Assembly: GCA_951406725.2 (NCBI GenBank)
Contig: OX597826.1
Span: 62,806,001 to 62,870,000, forward strand
DNA from: Octopus vulgaris
Lineage: Eukaryota
DNA length: 64,000 bases
Reading direction: 5' to 3'
The stretch's first letter is position 1. Every line of letters begins with the position of its first letter. The notes below the pieces were generated by a model. The model ran no database searches. It saw only the letters and a list, made by a program, of their open reading frames with translations, and had not been told where the DNA came from. Shown here in pieces: positions 27,527-38,856 of this stretch. A program made the position numbers and the translations under genes.

Positions 27527-28684
27527 AAAATGATTCTAAATTCACGTTGTTACTGAATGCTCTACTATGCGATTCATGCGGACCAATTTAGTTTTGTCCA
27601 AATTCGTGTATACTAAACACACACACACACACACGTGTGTGTTTGTGAAATAAGAAATGGAAGTCAAAATAATAAATTGAGCAATTAAATAAATTAATCA
27701 TTAGATGATAAATTCAATTTTATTAGTTTATACAAACAAGTGACACATCTAGTAAATTACAGCTGTTTGCAAACCATTAACAAAAACAGGTTTTTCAAGA
27801 ATAATAAAATATCGTTTTAAATATAATGAGGTTTCATCAGACAGACATATCTTTTTAAATATCTTAAGAAAAAGAGCAATTGAAAATTTTTATAACTGCT
27901 AACGCTTTTCAAAAAAACTACACTTTTTAACAGCGAGTTTGATCATAAATAAATAATCTAATTGAAATTTCGTAAATTCATAAATCTAAATCTATTTGTA
28001 TTTAGTTCTATAACCGATTTTGTTACATAATACGCACATTCATATACACTCACACATATATAAACACACGTATACCTATCCATTTTTGCGTATATACATA
28101 CACATACACGTAGGTATACATACATGCATGTTTACATACACAAGTTTACTTATTCATCTATATATATATTTACAACATCTATACCTATACATTTCAATAC
28201 ACACATGTATATATATATATTTATGGTCAAACATTAGTTTATAAATTAGTTCAAATCTAAATAAAGGAATTTATAATATAAATCAAACTTACAATTTATT
28301 CAAGTTATAGTTTCAGGTAAATACAGGGGAAATAGCTACTTTTCCATTTTTAGAAACAAAACGAAAAACGAAGCCAACTCGATACCGACAACGAAAAATA
28401 ATCTAAATACACACACGAAAACCAAAGTAATGCAAATACAAGCGAAATGACCCAAATACGAACATCGAGCTAAAACTACAAATTAAACAAGATAAACACG
28501 CTGTATTTTCATGTATATCGCATTCACTCATATACATATACATATCGATAGATATACACCAATACTCACACGTACACTTGTATATCCATACGTACGCATA
28601 TACATACACAAACATATATATTCATATATTCATACATACATACATATACACACATATACATACATACATACATACATACATACA

Positions 28685-28718
<34 letters not shown>

Positions 28719-28786
28719 CATATACACACCCTCACATACATGAGCCAATGCACATACACTTTTAGTAATAATAGAAATAATGATAA

Positions 28787-28837
<51 letters not shown>

Positions 28838-28996
28838 CAGACATATGCACTTATCCGTATGTATATATATATATATATATATATATACGTTTAAATATTT
28901 GTTGTGCAAGATTTTTTATGTGAAGCAAAATAACACCAAATATATAGTGCGTGTGTTTTTATTGGCTAAACTGGCAAAATGACCATTCCGAAATAT

Positions 28997-29047
<51 letters not shown>

Positions 29048-29400
29048 TATACTTTCTATCTCAATATGAATAACCACTAAGGGTGGGTGTTACTGTAGCT
29101 TGTAGCCCCAGGAGAACATCGTCTCCAGCTGGCTTTAGGCACACTTTCTGTGCCCTTATGGTATTTGCAAAGGGAGGTCACCCTTCCTTCGTCAACCTAA
29201 GTGGTATACCTCACATTGTCGTGCAGTTACTGTTTATAACTCGTTCAGAGATTTATTATTGCTATATATATATATATATATATATATATAGGTACATGTA
29301 TATATATCTATATGTACATGTATACATATATGCATACATATGTATATATATATATATATATATATAAATACATATGTATATATATACATATATACATACG

Positions 29401-29453
<53 letters not shown>

Positions 29454-29455
29454 TT

Positions 29456-29504
29456 ATCGACCTCTGATGAGGTTTAATTAAACATTGAAACTAGTCAGAT
29501 CGAT
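29456..29504 (+). ncRNA. Minimal hammerhead motif with GUC cleavage triplet
   Basis: ATCGACCT CTGATGA G GTTT-aatt-AAAC ATT GAAA CTAG TC AGATCGAT: 7/8-bp helix I, palindromic CTAG; 5 nt downstream of a (TA)n tract. Confidence 0.7.
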
Positions 29505-31127
29505 CTTTGTTTTCTATACCACAGGAACTGCGATGCTAAACTCTATATTTAGTAAAATCACATGGTGCTAGCATTACATTTATTATCGAAAGAGTGTTTA
29601 CTCTGCATAAGATATTGACTTCTCTTCACTTTGTTTATATTTCAAATATTTACGACCATGTCAATTTTTTTTTGTTCCTTTTGCCCAGTAACTGGATATT
29701 GAACATAAATGTCAGTTTGGTAGCTTTTCTAGGACAACAGTTTAGATCAAGAGACATCAATAGATATATACAGAAGGACAAAGCATTAAGAACAATATCT
29801 GAAGTGGTGGGAGATACAAAAATGCCCGTAATATATCAATGCATTTATTTAGGTGCATATATATGTGGTTACTAAACTAAGATTTCACACAAAATATGAG
29901 AAATACATTCTTATTTTATAAATTGAATTTTACTTCATGGTATTATTAATCCTCTTATCCAAACCCTCGGCATCTCGCAGCAACATTATCTCGCGTTAAT
30001 ATTAAAGTACGCTACTGCAACTTGTGTAGGAGTATTCCACAGCTTGGTATCTGCCAAAAAGTTTTGAGGTAGATTTTGTTGACAGAAACTGGAACTTTGT
30101 CGATCAAATTAACCTATCAATCGGTTGAACACCATCAGCAAGTCCTTGAATGTCTTTACATAAGTCTACTCCGTTGTAATCGTTGTAATCGTTCTGATTA
30201 AGTATCTGACCTGTGCATTATTTTGTTCTAGAACCTCGGAAACCCTGTAAAACTTATGGTAAGCTATCGTTAATCCTCTAATTAATCCACTATTTTTTCC
30301 CATAAAAATATAAAAGGGAATCGAAAACATAGCAAGAAAATATTTTACAATATTGTGTTCTCATTAAAGTGTATGACCAACCGTTTTAAAAGAAGGAAGT
30401 GAGAGTAGATACCCTCAACTGTTGTATTTCACTGGTACTTTATTCTATCGAACCTGGGAAGATGAAGGATGAAGCTGATTTCGGTGAGATGAAATGTGAA
30501 ACTGACTTCGGTGAGATTTGTAGTCAGTCTATAAACGAGCCGGAACAAATATCTCAAGACATTTTCCCCCGACACCTCTAATGATTCTGTCAGCTCGCTG
30601 CCTCAGAGAAAATTTTATCATTATGAAATGACTTCAAGTGTTATGCTCTTAATATCTTTCACTATGGAGGAAAATCGAAGTCATAATCTAATTATTCAAC
30701 ATAATGAAATAGTATTATGATGATCGATAAATTTACGCATCAGAATAGAAATATAAGCATTTATAAAACGTGGAAGTCCTGTGGCTTTCACTGGCATACG
30801 TTAATGGCAGTTGATTGGTAATCCTGCAGAGCGACAGACAAGGTATTTTGCAATATTAAATCAAGCACTTTACCGCGTGAGTTCAGATCTGTTTCTCAGC
30901 TTTTATCTTCATCCTTCTTGGGGGTCATTAGTTTATAATCTAAAATACTGGTCCTCTAATTAGTTTTTCGCGGAATGTTGGAATTCCTTAAAAAACACTA
31001 AATACTAGTAAGTAGTGATTCTTGACATACTAGAGTACCTATACTATTGTAAACTTAACAGTAAATATGATACTCAGTCAAACAACAGTTAATGAAATAA
31101 AACAATATTTGTTATTGATATTTAATT

Positions 31128-31538
31128 TTTTATTGCCCACAAGGGGCTAAACACAGAGGGGACAAACAAGGACAGAAAAATGAATTAAGTCGCTTACATC
31201 GAACCCAGTGCGCAACTGGTACTTCATTTATCGACCCCGAAAGGATGAAAGGTTAAGTCGACCTCGGCGCAATTTGAACTCCGAACGTAGCGGCAGACGA
31301 AATACCCAATTCTTTACTACCCACAAGGGGCTAAACACAGAGGGGACAAACAAGGACAGACAAACGGATTAAGTCGATTATATCGACACCAGTGCGTAAC
31401 TGGTACTTATTCAATCGACCCCGAAAGGATAAAAGGCAAAGTCGACCTCGGCGGAATTTGAACTCAGAACGTAACGGCAGACGAAATACAGCTACGCATT
31501 TCGCCTGGCTGTTAACGTTTCTACCAGCTTGCCGCTTT
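31128..31538 (-). mobile_element. Same SINE family, two tandem body units
   Basis: Matches 1-535. Confidence 0.8.
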
Positions 31539-31576
31539 ATTTGTTATTGATATTGTAACTATCTTATATATTTTAT

Positions 31577-32012
31577 ATTTTACTTGTTTCAGCCATTTGA
31601 CTGCGGCCATCCTGGGACATCGGCCTTAAAGAATTTCAGTACTTATAAATATTTTCAGTACTTATAAATATTTTGAAAAACTTGGTTCTTATTCCATCGG
31701 TGTCTCTGGACGAACCGCTAGGTTTCAGGGAGTTAAACACAACGACAACGATTGTCAAGCAATGGTGGGTGACAAACAGACTCATGGACATACACACACG
31801 CACAAACATACACATACGCACAAACATATGTATACATACACATACATGCAATGGGCTTCTTTCAGTTTCCATCTACCAAATCCACTCAGAGGGCTTTGTT
31901 TGGCTCGCTGATATAGTAGACGACACTAGCCCATGGTGCCATGCAGTGGAACTGAGCCCGGGACCATTTAGTTGGGAAGCAAATTCCTTACCACACAGCC
32001 ACGCATGCGCCT
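31577..32012 (-). mobile_element. CORE-like SINE (diverged)
   Basis: Head-to-tail similarity to 27040-27526. Confidence 0.7.
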
Positions 32013-32316
32013 ATGCTACAAATTTGTAGAAGCCAATGTGCGTTAATGCTGTTATAATGAATTTTGATATTATGTCGATGACGGATGTCGCGAGCATGTA
32101 AAATCACTACCGTGATGGACAAAATGCTTAGCGGGATTTCTTGAGTATAATAGTTAGAGCCGGGGTCTAAGGGTAGTGTATGTACCATGAAGGGCGAGTG
32201 TGAACGAGCGGATTGGTGTGTTTGAGTGACAGAGTTACGAGACCTCTTTACGTTCAGAGTTCAAAATCGACTGTGGTCGAATTTGTCTTAGATTCTTTCG
32301 GGGTCGCTAAAATAAA

Positions 32317-32646
32317 CAATTGCAGCGTGGAAGGTGTTTGTAAGCCATTTAAGAAACACACAAAAGCCGTTCGATTCACTTCAACATTTAAGTTTAAATA
32401 TGTCAAAATATTTTCGTCGCTAAAATCCGCGACATGTTCACTGACAGCACGGATTTTTGTCAGTGAACAGGTCGCGGATTTTAGCGACGAAAATATTTTG
32501 ACAAATTAAACTTAAATGTTGAAGTGAATCGAACGGCTTTTGTGTGTTTCTTAAATGGCTTACAAATACCTTCCACGCTGCAATTGTTTTCGTTTCAGCA
32601 CACGATCTCAGATCAAATTACTTGCTATGCGAGTACATCTCCGTAA
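32317..32646. mobile_element. Palindromic Penelope-like insert (inverted pLTR-type) with two hammerhead motifs, inserted in a SINE
   Basis: Arms ~32314-32446 and 32458-32589 (~132 bp, near-perfect), 11-nt spacer, ~57-nt unpaired 3' tail. Direct repeat TAAAATAAAC at 32308-32317 and 32647-32656. Confidence 0.8.
32456..32505 (+). ncRNA. Minimal type I hammerhead ribozyme motif, G3:C8 core variant (mirror copy on minus strand at 32401-32446)
   Basis: TTTGTCA [GTGAACA] G GTCGC-ggatttta-GCGAC [GAAA] ATAT [T T] TGACAAA: 7-bp helix I, 5-bp helix II, palindromic ATAT helix III. Confidence 0.7.
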
Positions 32647-32938
32647 TAAAATAAACAAGCAATCAACTAATGGGTCACTGTAACCTACTCCCAAACTTGC
32701 CCCAAACTTTGTGCCAAAATTTGAAATGATTAAAGCAGCTAGCTGGTAGAATTGTTACCGAATTGGACAAGATGCTTAACGGCGCTTATCCTTTTCTTGT
32801 TTTTCTTTTATATTTTTTGGCTCTTTATGTTCTGAGTTCCAATGCCATTGTGGCCGGGGTCGCATTTCATTCTTTATGAGATGATAAAATAAAACTGGGG
32901 TCCGTGCTATATCCCCTCAACCAAAGGTGCAGGCCTAC

Positions 32939-33026
32939 ATATATTGAATAGAGTGTAGACCTAACATGATATATTGAACAGAGTGTAGACCTGACATGAT
33001 ATATTGAATAGAGAGTAGACCTGACA
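32939..33026. repeat. 3 x 30-bp minisatellite
   Basis: ATATATTGAATAGAGTGTAGACCTGACATG units. Confidence 0.85.
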
Positions 33027-33302
33027 GAATAAGCGAAGCATTTTTTCCAATGCACTAACGATTCTGCCTGTTCACAACCTTCCTAGGTTAGAAACAATTT
33101 ATACTAGTAGTAATAGTAGTAGTATTGTGACTGTGAGTAGTGAAACAGGAAAGATCTTCAGAAGTGTTTTAAGAATTTGATGGCTCCTTCAAATCATGTG
33201 GATATTTAAGATTGCTAGCAGTAATCCCACTTAAGTGCTTTGAGGAATAAGACCAGTTCTGAGTTATGTTTCAAATAATATAGATATGCATGTGCGTATT
33301 CA

Positions 33303-33350
<48 letters not shown>

Positions 33351-33376
33351 TGTATGTATGTATATAATAATAATAA

Positions 33377-33433
<57 letters not shown>

Positions 33434-35310
33434 GAGCACTCTATGAATAAATGGCAAACAGTCCTACACCTCCAAACAAAAGAGGGACTCATGAAAACCA
33501 AAGACATCCCCATTAGAAGAGGAATATTCCAGGGAGACACGCTCTCTCCACTCCTTTTCTGCTTGGCACTGTCACCTCTATCTGATATGCTAAATAGAAC
33601 TGGATGCGGATATAAATGTTACGGCAAAACGATCAGCCACCTTTTATATATGGATGACCTAAAACTATACGCTGCAAATGACAAACAGCTGGAAACACTA
33701 TTAAAGACAGTTCATGGATTTACCAAAGAAATAGATATGAAATTTGGATTAGAAAAATGCGCCAAAGTAACCATGAAAAGAGGAAAACTAGTTAAGAGTA
33801 ACAACATCACACTAGATAAAACCAATGAAATAAAAGAATTAGACCAAAGCCAAACTTACAAATACTTAGGAATCCATGAACTAGATAAGACACAACACAC
33901 ACAAATGAAAGAGAAAATAAAAAAAGAATATTATAGACGAGTTAGATCAATACTAAACACAGAGCTCAATGCTAAAAACAAGATAATAGGCATCAACACT
34001 TTAGCTGTCCCAGTTATAAGTTACAGCTACAATATCCTTAACTGGACACGAAATGAACTGACCAAAATAGATAGGAAAACAAGAAAAATAATGACAGGAT
34101 CTAGGATGCATCACCCAAAATCTGACATAGAAAGACTATATATACAACGTATAGAAGGTGGTAGAGGCCTTATACAGCTGGAAAACTACTATAAAATAAC
34201 CACCATAGGACTGCAAAAATATCTACTTCAGAAGGAAGGAAAACTGATCCAGATAGCGGCAAAACACGAGCAAAACAAAAAACTGTTCTCAGTATTTAAG
34301 GAAGCTGACAAATACAAACAAGAAATCATACCACCTAATAAACATGAAGAAGAAGAAGAAGATGAAGAAACAACAAAAGCTATAAAACAAATGAAATCCA
34401 AACTAAAAACAGAACAGCAACGAACCATGATAAAACGATGGCAAGAAAAGCCCCTTCATGGTAAATACTGCACTAAACTAAACGCAAAAGAAATAGACAA
34501 AGAAAAATCCCAGCAATGGTTGAGAAGCTCAGGACTCAAAGCAGAAACAGAGGGATTTTTAATTGCAGCACAAGACCAAAGCCTCCCCACCAGAAATTAC
34601 CAAAAACATGTAATGAAAAGAAATATTACAAGTAACTGCAGAATATGTGGAGATGGACAAGAAACAATAAATCATATTATCTCTAGCTGCCCAGTCCTGG
34701 CTAAGAAGGAATATATTCACAGACATGACAGAGTTGGAACCTACATACATTGGAAGCTATGCCAACATTATGGAATAACAACAGAAAAAAGATGGTATAG
34801 GCACACACCAGAAAAGGTCACAGAAAACGAGAAAGCAACCATACTCTGGGATATGCCGATACACACAGATAGAGAAATTAAGGCCAACAGACCAGATATA
34901 GTTGTCAGAGATCATGAAGAAAAAAAATGCTTTTTAATTGATGTATCAATACCGGCAGATGACAACGTGTCTCTAAAAGAAATGGAGAAACTCTCAAAAT
35001 ACAAAGACCTGGAAATAGAGGTAACTAGAATGTGGAATCTGAAAACAGAAACAATTCCTATCATAGTAGGTGCATTAGGCATGATAAAAAAATATTCAGA
35101 CAAATACATAACAAAAACACCAGGACTTACAAACACATATAACATACAGAAAATTGCACTACTAGGCACTGCCCACATCCTACGCAGAACACTTTCCATA
35201 CAATAACCATCAGAGCATCACAACAAATCACAGCACATACCCAAGGCACACAGAGCTGCGCTCGGTAGTGAAGTGAAAGCACGCTATAAAAATAAAAATA
35301 AAACTACTGA
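33434..35310 (+). mobile_element. 5'-truncated R4/Dong-clade non-LTR retrotransposon inserted in a (TAA)n microsatellite
   Basis: Open RT-ZnK-RLE frame from the truncation point, ~100-bp 3' UTR, and (TAA)n on both sides (33363-33433 and 35310-35332). Confidence 0.9.
33443..35206 (+). CDS. RT (C-terminal half) + CCHC zinc knuckle + restriction-like endonuclease of the R4/Dong element (N-terminally truncated; ATG is internal)
   Basis: Motifs RGIFQGDTLSPLLF, HLLYMDDLKLY, YKYLG, CRICGDGQETINHIISSC, RHD and RPDIVV..IDVSIP..EKLSKY; no stops or frameshifts over 587 aa. Confidence 0.93.
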   Translation: MNKWQTVLHLQTKEGLMKTKDIPIRRGIFQGDTLSPLLFCLALSPLSDMLNRTGCGYKCYGKTISHLLYMDDLKLYAANDKQLETLLKTVHGFTKEIDMKFGLEKCAKVTMKRGKLVKSNNITLDKTNEIKELDQSQTYKYLGIHELDKTQHTQMKEKIKKEYYRRVRSILNTELNAKNKIIGINTLAVPVISYSYNILNWTRNELTKIDRKTRKIMTGSRMHHPKSDIERLYIQRIEGGRGLIQLENYYKITTIGLQKYLLQKEGKLIQIAAKHEQNKKLFSVFKEADKYKQEIIPPNKHEEEEEDEETTKAIKQMKSKLKTEQQRTMIKRWQEKPLHGKYCTKLNAKEIDKEKSQQWLRSSGLKAETEGFLIAAQDQSLPTRNYQKHVMKRNITSNCRICGDGQETINHIISSCPVLAKKEYIHRHDRVGTYIHWKLCQHYGITTEKRWYRHTPEKVTENEKATILWDMPIHTDREIKANRPDIVVRDHEEKKCFLIDVSIPADDNVSLKEMEKLSKYKDLEIEVTRMWNLKTETIPIIVGALGMIKKYSDKYITKTPGLTNTYNIQKIALLGTAHILRRTLSIQ

Positions 35311-35361
35311 ATAATAATAATAATAATAATAATGATGATGATAATAACTAGCAGCAGCAGC

Positions 35362-35420
<59 letters not shown>

Positions 35421-36721
35421 AGGTGGTGGTGGTGGTGGTGGTGGTGGTGGTGGTGGTGGTGGTGTTGGAGATTTATTCAAGGTAGAATTTGTAGGTCCAT
35501 ATAAATATTATTTCTATCTTGCTTAAGCGCTGAGCTGGCAAATCGGGAAAAATGCTTTGCTATATTTTTTCCTGGCTCATCAGGAGCAACTTTGCCTTTC
35601 ATCTCTCCGGGGTTGATGAAGAAAATAGCCAATGAAGTACTTGCGTTGATGCTATCGACTAAACCCTCTCCTGAAATTAGTTCGCCTTGTACCAATATTA
35701 GAAACGGTAATTTATGCCATGCTTCGTTTTCAGTTCAACCTTACCTTTTATGGTTTCTAAAATATGCCAACTGTCAAATGCTGAAAATGACAAATTGATT
35801 CCACCGTTATATCGTCCGTATTTGATCGCCTTAGTGTCGCAATTAATAATAATGGTTTCCTGATTGGTTTCAAATGCCTCACTCAGAAATAATGAGGACA
35901 ATTACCAGAGGGACGTTGTCAAAAAAAGAAAAAAAAAAACAATGAAATAATTTCTCTAAATGCTTCATGTTGATTATATATTTTGTATCTTTTATTTCCC
36001 TATAATTATTGATTTCTAACTTTGGCACGCGGTCGCAATATTTCCGACAGAGTACAGTCAATAAATCTCGATATCAAAATATTGATTGCACCAATTCCAA
36101 TGGTCCGCGAACGATGAACTAGATTTGAACTCAGAACCTCAAGTTGAATAGTTAAATGGGATATTATATTAACTGCAATGATTCGCTGACACTTTTATGC
36201 CCCATCCTTCAATAATGTTTCTGACACTACTACAATTTCTTATAATTATTTTTTTGTTTCTTCATAATGAATTTATTCTAATATCCAGTATTTTCAACAC
36301 AAATAGATCATTTATTCCGATAAGTAATCAGATGTTAACAATATATAAATATGTATGCGTGTGTATCTGTGTGGAATATATCGTCATAAGGAGACATTGA
36401 TTATTTATTCATGTTCTTTTGAAAAGATTTCCATAGAAAAACGAGTAAACTCATAGTAGTATACATTTATATTACATATATCACTATGTGTGAGTCTGTG
36501 TGTGGCTGCGTGCAGACAAGTAAACGTACACACATAAATACATACATACCTACACCCACGTATACACAGTGTACAAACGAAAGGAAGTAGTACCCAACAT
36601 ATTTGGCTGAAGTTATATTTGATAAGAGTTTGATTCTGTTTTCATGACTTGGAATATTGTGAGGTGCGTAGGACATGGCCCTCATATCAATTCTGGAACA
36701 GACTCTGTTATCAACATAGAT

Positions 36722-36818
<97 letters not shown>

Positions 36819-36946
36819 TCAGTTGATGGGGTCCACTACCTCAAATGTTCTTAAAATTTATATCCACATCTTTGTCTATATATACATACCTTCTCTATAA
36901 TGTTGCCACTTGATATGAAAATTATTGTATTAATGGAAAACCTCTA

Positions 36947-37039
36947 TAATTGGCTGATGAGTGATCAGCATTTAAAAACTGTTGTAATACTTACAACATT
37001 TAATAAAATGATGTAGTACGAAACGATCGTACCAAATTA
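36947..37039 (+). ncRNA. Hammerhead motif with extended (~59 nt) helix II, in a (TA)n-flanked insert (~36815-37067)
   Basis: TAATTGG CTGATGA GT...(CATTT/AAATG; TGTTGTAA-tac-TTACAACA)...AC GAAA CGATCG TA CCAAATTA. Confidence 0.7.
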
Positions 37040-37064
37040 CCGGAATCATTCTTGTTGCTTATTT

Positions 37065-37155
<91 letters not shown>

Positions 37156-37429
37156 TACGTGGATGACCTTGCATTTGTTTGTTCTGTAACATTAGTTTGA
37201 TATATATATATATAAATGCATGAATGAATTATCCTTTTTTACCGTTAACATGGAAAATTCCCTAAACATTTACCAGGGTAGCAAAATTCACACAAGTAAC
37301 AAGGTTGTAGCGACATATTGAAAGGTAGAAACTCCGGGTTAATGTACAGTAATTAGTGTAGTACAAGTAAATAAATGGAGTTCAACGCAGAATTTGAATA
37401 GCATTTGCGTTCAACTCCATTTATTTACT

Positions 37430-37467
<38 letters not shown>

Positions 37468-38493
37468 TGGTCGGAATAATATACACACACTGAAATAGTA
37501 GCTGGATCACTGTAAATGTTTTTGCTCGGCGGATTTTCGACAATGTTGAATCATTTCGAATGTCCTTTATTTTGAAGTTCATGAATTCATTTGACGAAAG
37601 CAGTTTCTTTAGAATTATATAATGTGTTCATTAATTAATTAAAGGAATCGTTAGAAATGGCCGTACTGGATTGACACCTACTGTTACTTATATGTGTGTG
37701 TGTGTGTCAAAGTTTGTATGTGTGTGTGTGTATATATATATGTATATATATAACGTATATATATGCACACAAACACAAATACACGCATATAATTATATAT
37801 GATCTCGACCAGTTATTTTTCTATACAAAGAACTATATCGTCTATTTCATAAAAGTAAACGAACATAAAAGAACAACAATATAACGTTTTTCGTGCAACA
37901 ATGATATTTTTGAGGTAGAGACACCATAAATGAAATCAACAACAAAAACAACACGAACACGTTTGTAATATTTTAATACTAACCGGAAATGAAAAACTGT
38001 ACAAACATTTAAAGCCGGAGACAAGAAACAGATACAACAGTAAATGAAATTTAAGCTGCTGAATTTGTGTCTGAAGTGATGGTGATAGACGCCATTGTAG
38101 CCCTAAATATAGACAGTAAAAATTATATTGCTATGAAATTTACGTTAAAATTTGAAATTATTCAAGTTTTACACTTCGTTTTTTAGCAAGACGATTGCCG
38201 TCGTGGAATTTACATATATGCCAATATTTATTTGTGTCGTTCTCCATTACAATAAGAATTTACTAGATTAAAGGTTGGGATTTGATACTGTATGTATCAA
38301 TTCAATGTTGTTATGGAAAAATGCGTGCATGGACATCATATACAATATTTTTAACAAAATACACATGCAAACTTGTTATGAAAATATACCATAGGAAGAT
38401 TTCAAAGGAACTTTCCATAGTTGAGAATATGAAATAATCCAACTAGCTTAAGAATTCACAGCATGATGAAATCTGGGTTTATCAATACGTGTG

Positions 38494-38554
<61 letters not shown>

Positions 38555-38819
38555 GTGCATGCTTGTGTGTATATGTATGCATGTATGTATGTGCGTATGT
38601 ATAAATATGTATGTATAAATAGATAGATGGATAGATATGAATACATACAGATATACCGACAAACACATGTGCACACATATATAAACATATCCACCTACAA
38701 ACATGCATATAAACACACACGTGCATATATACACATCTTTCTCTCTCTACGTACATAGACTTCATTATACATGTCAACATGCAAATATATATGCCTATAT
38801 ATGTGCACAAACACAATAC

Positions 38820-38856
<37 letters not shown>

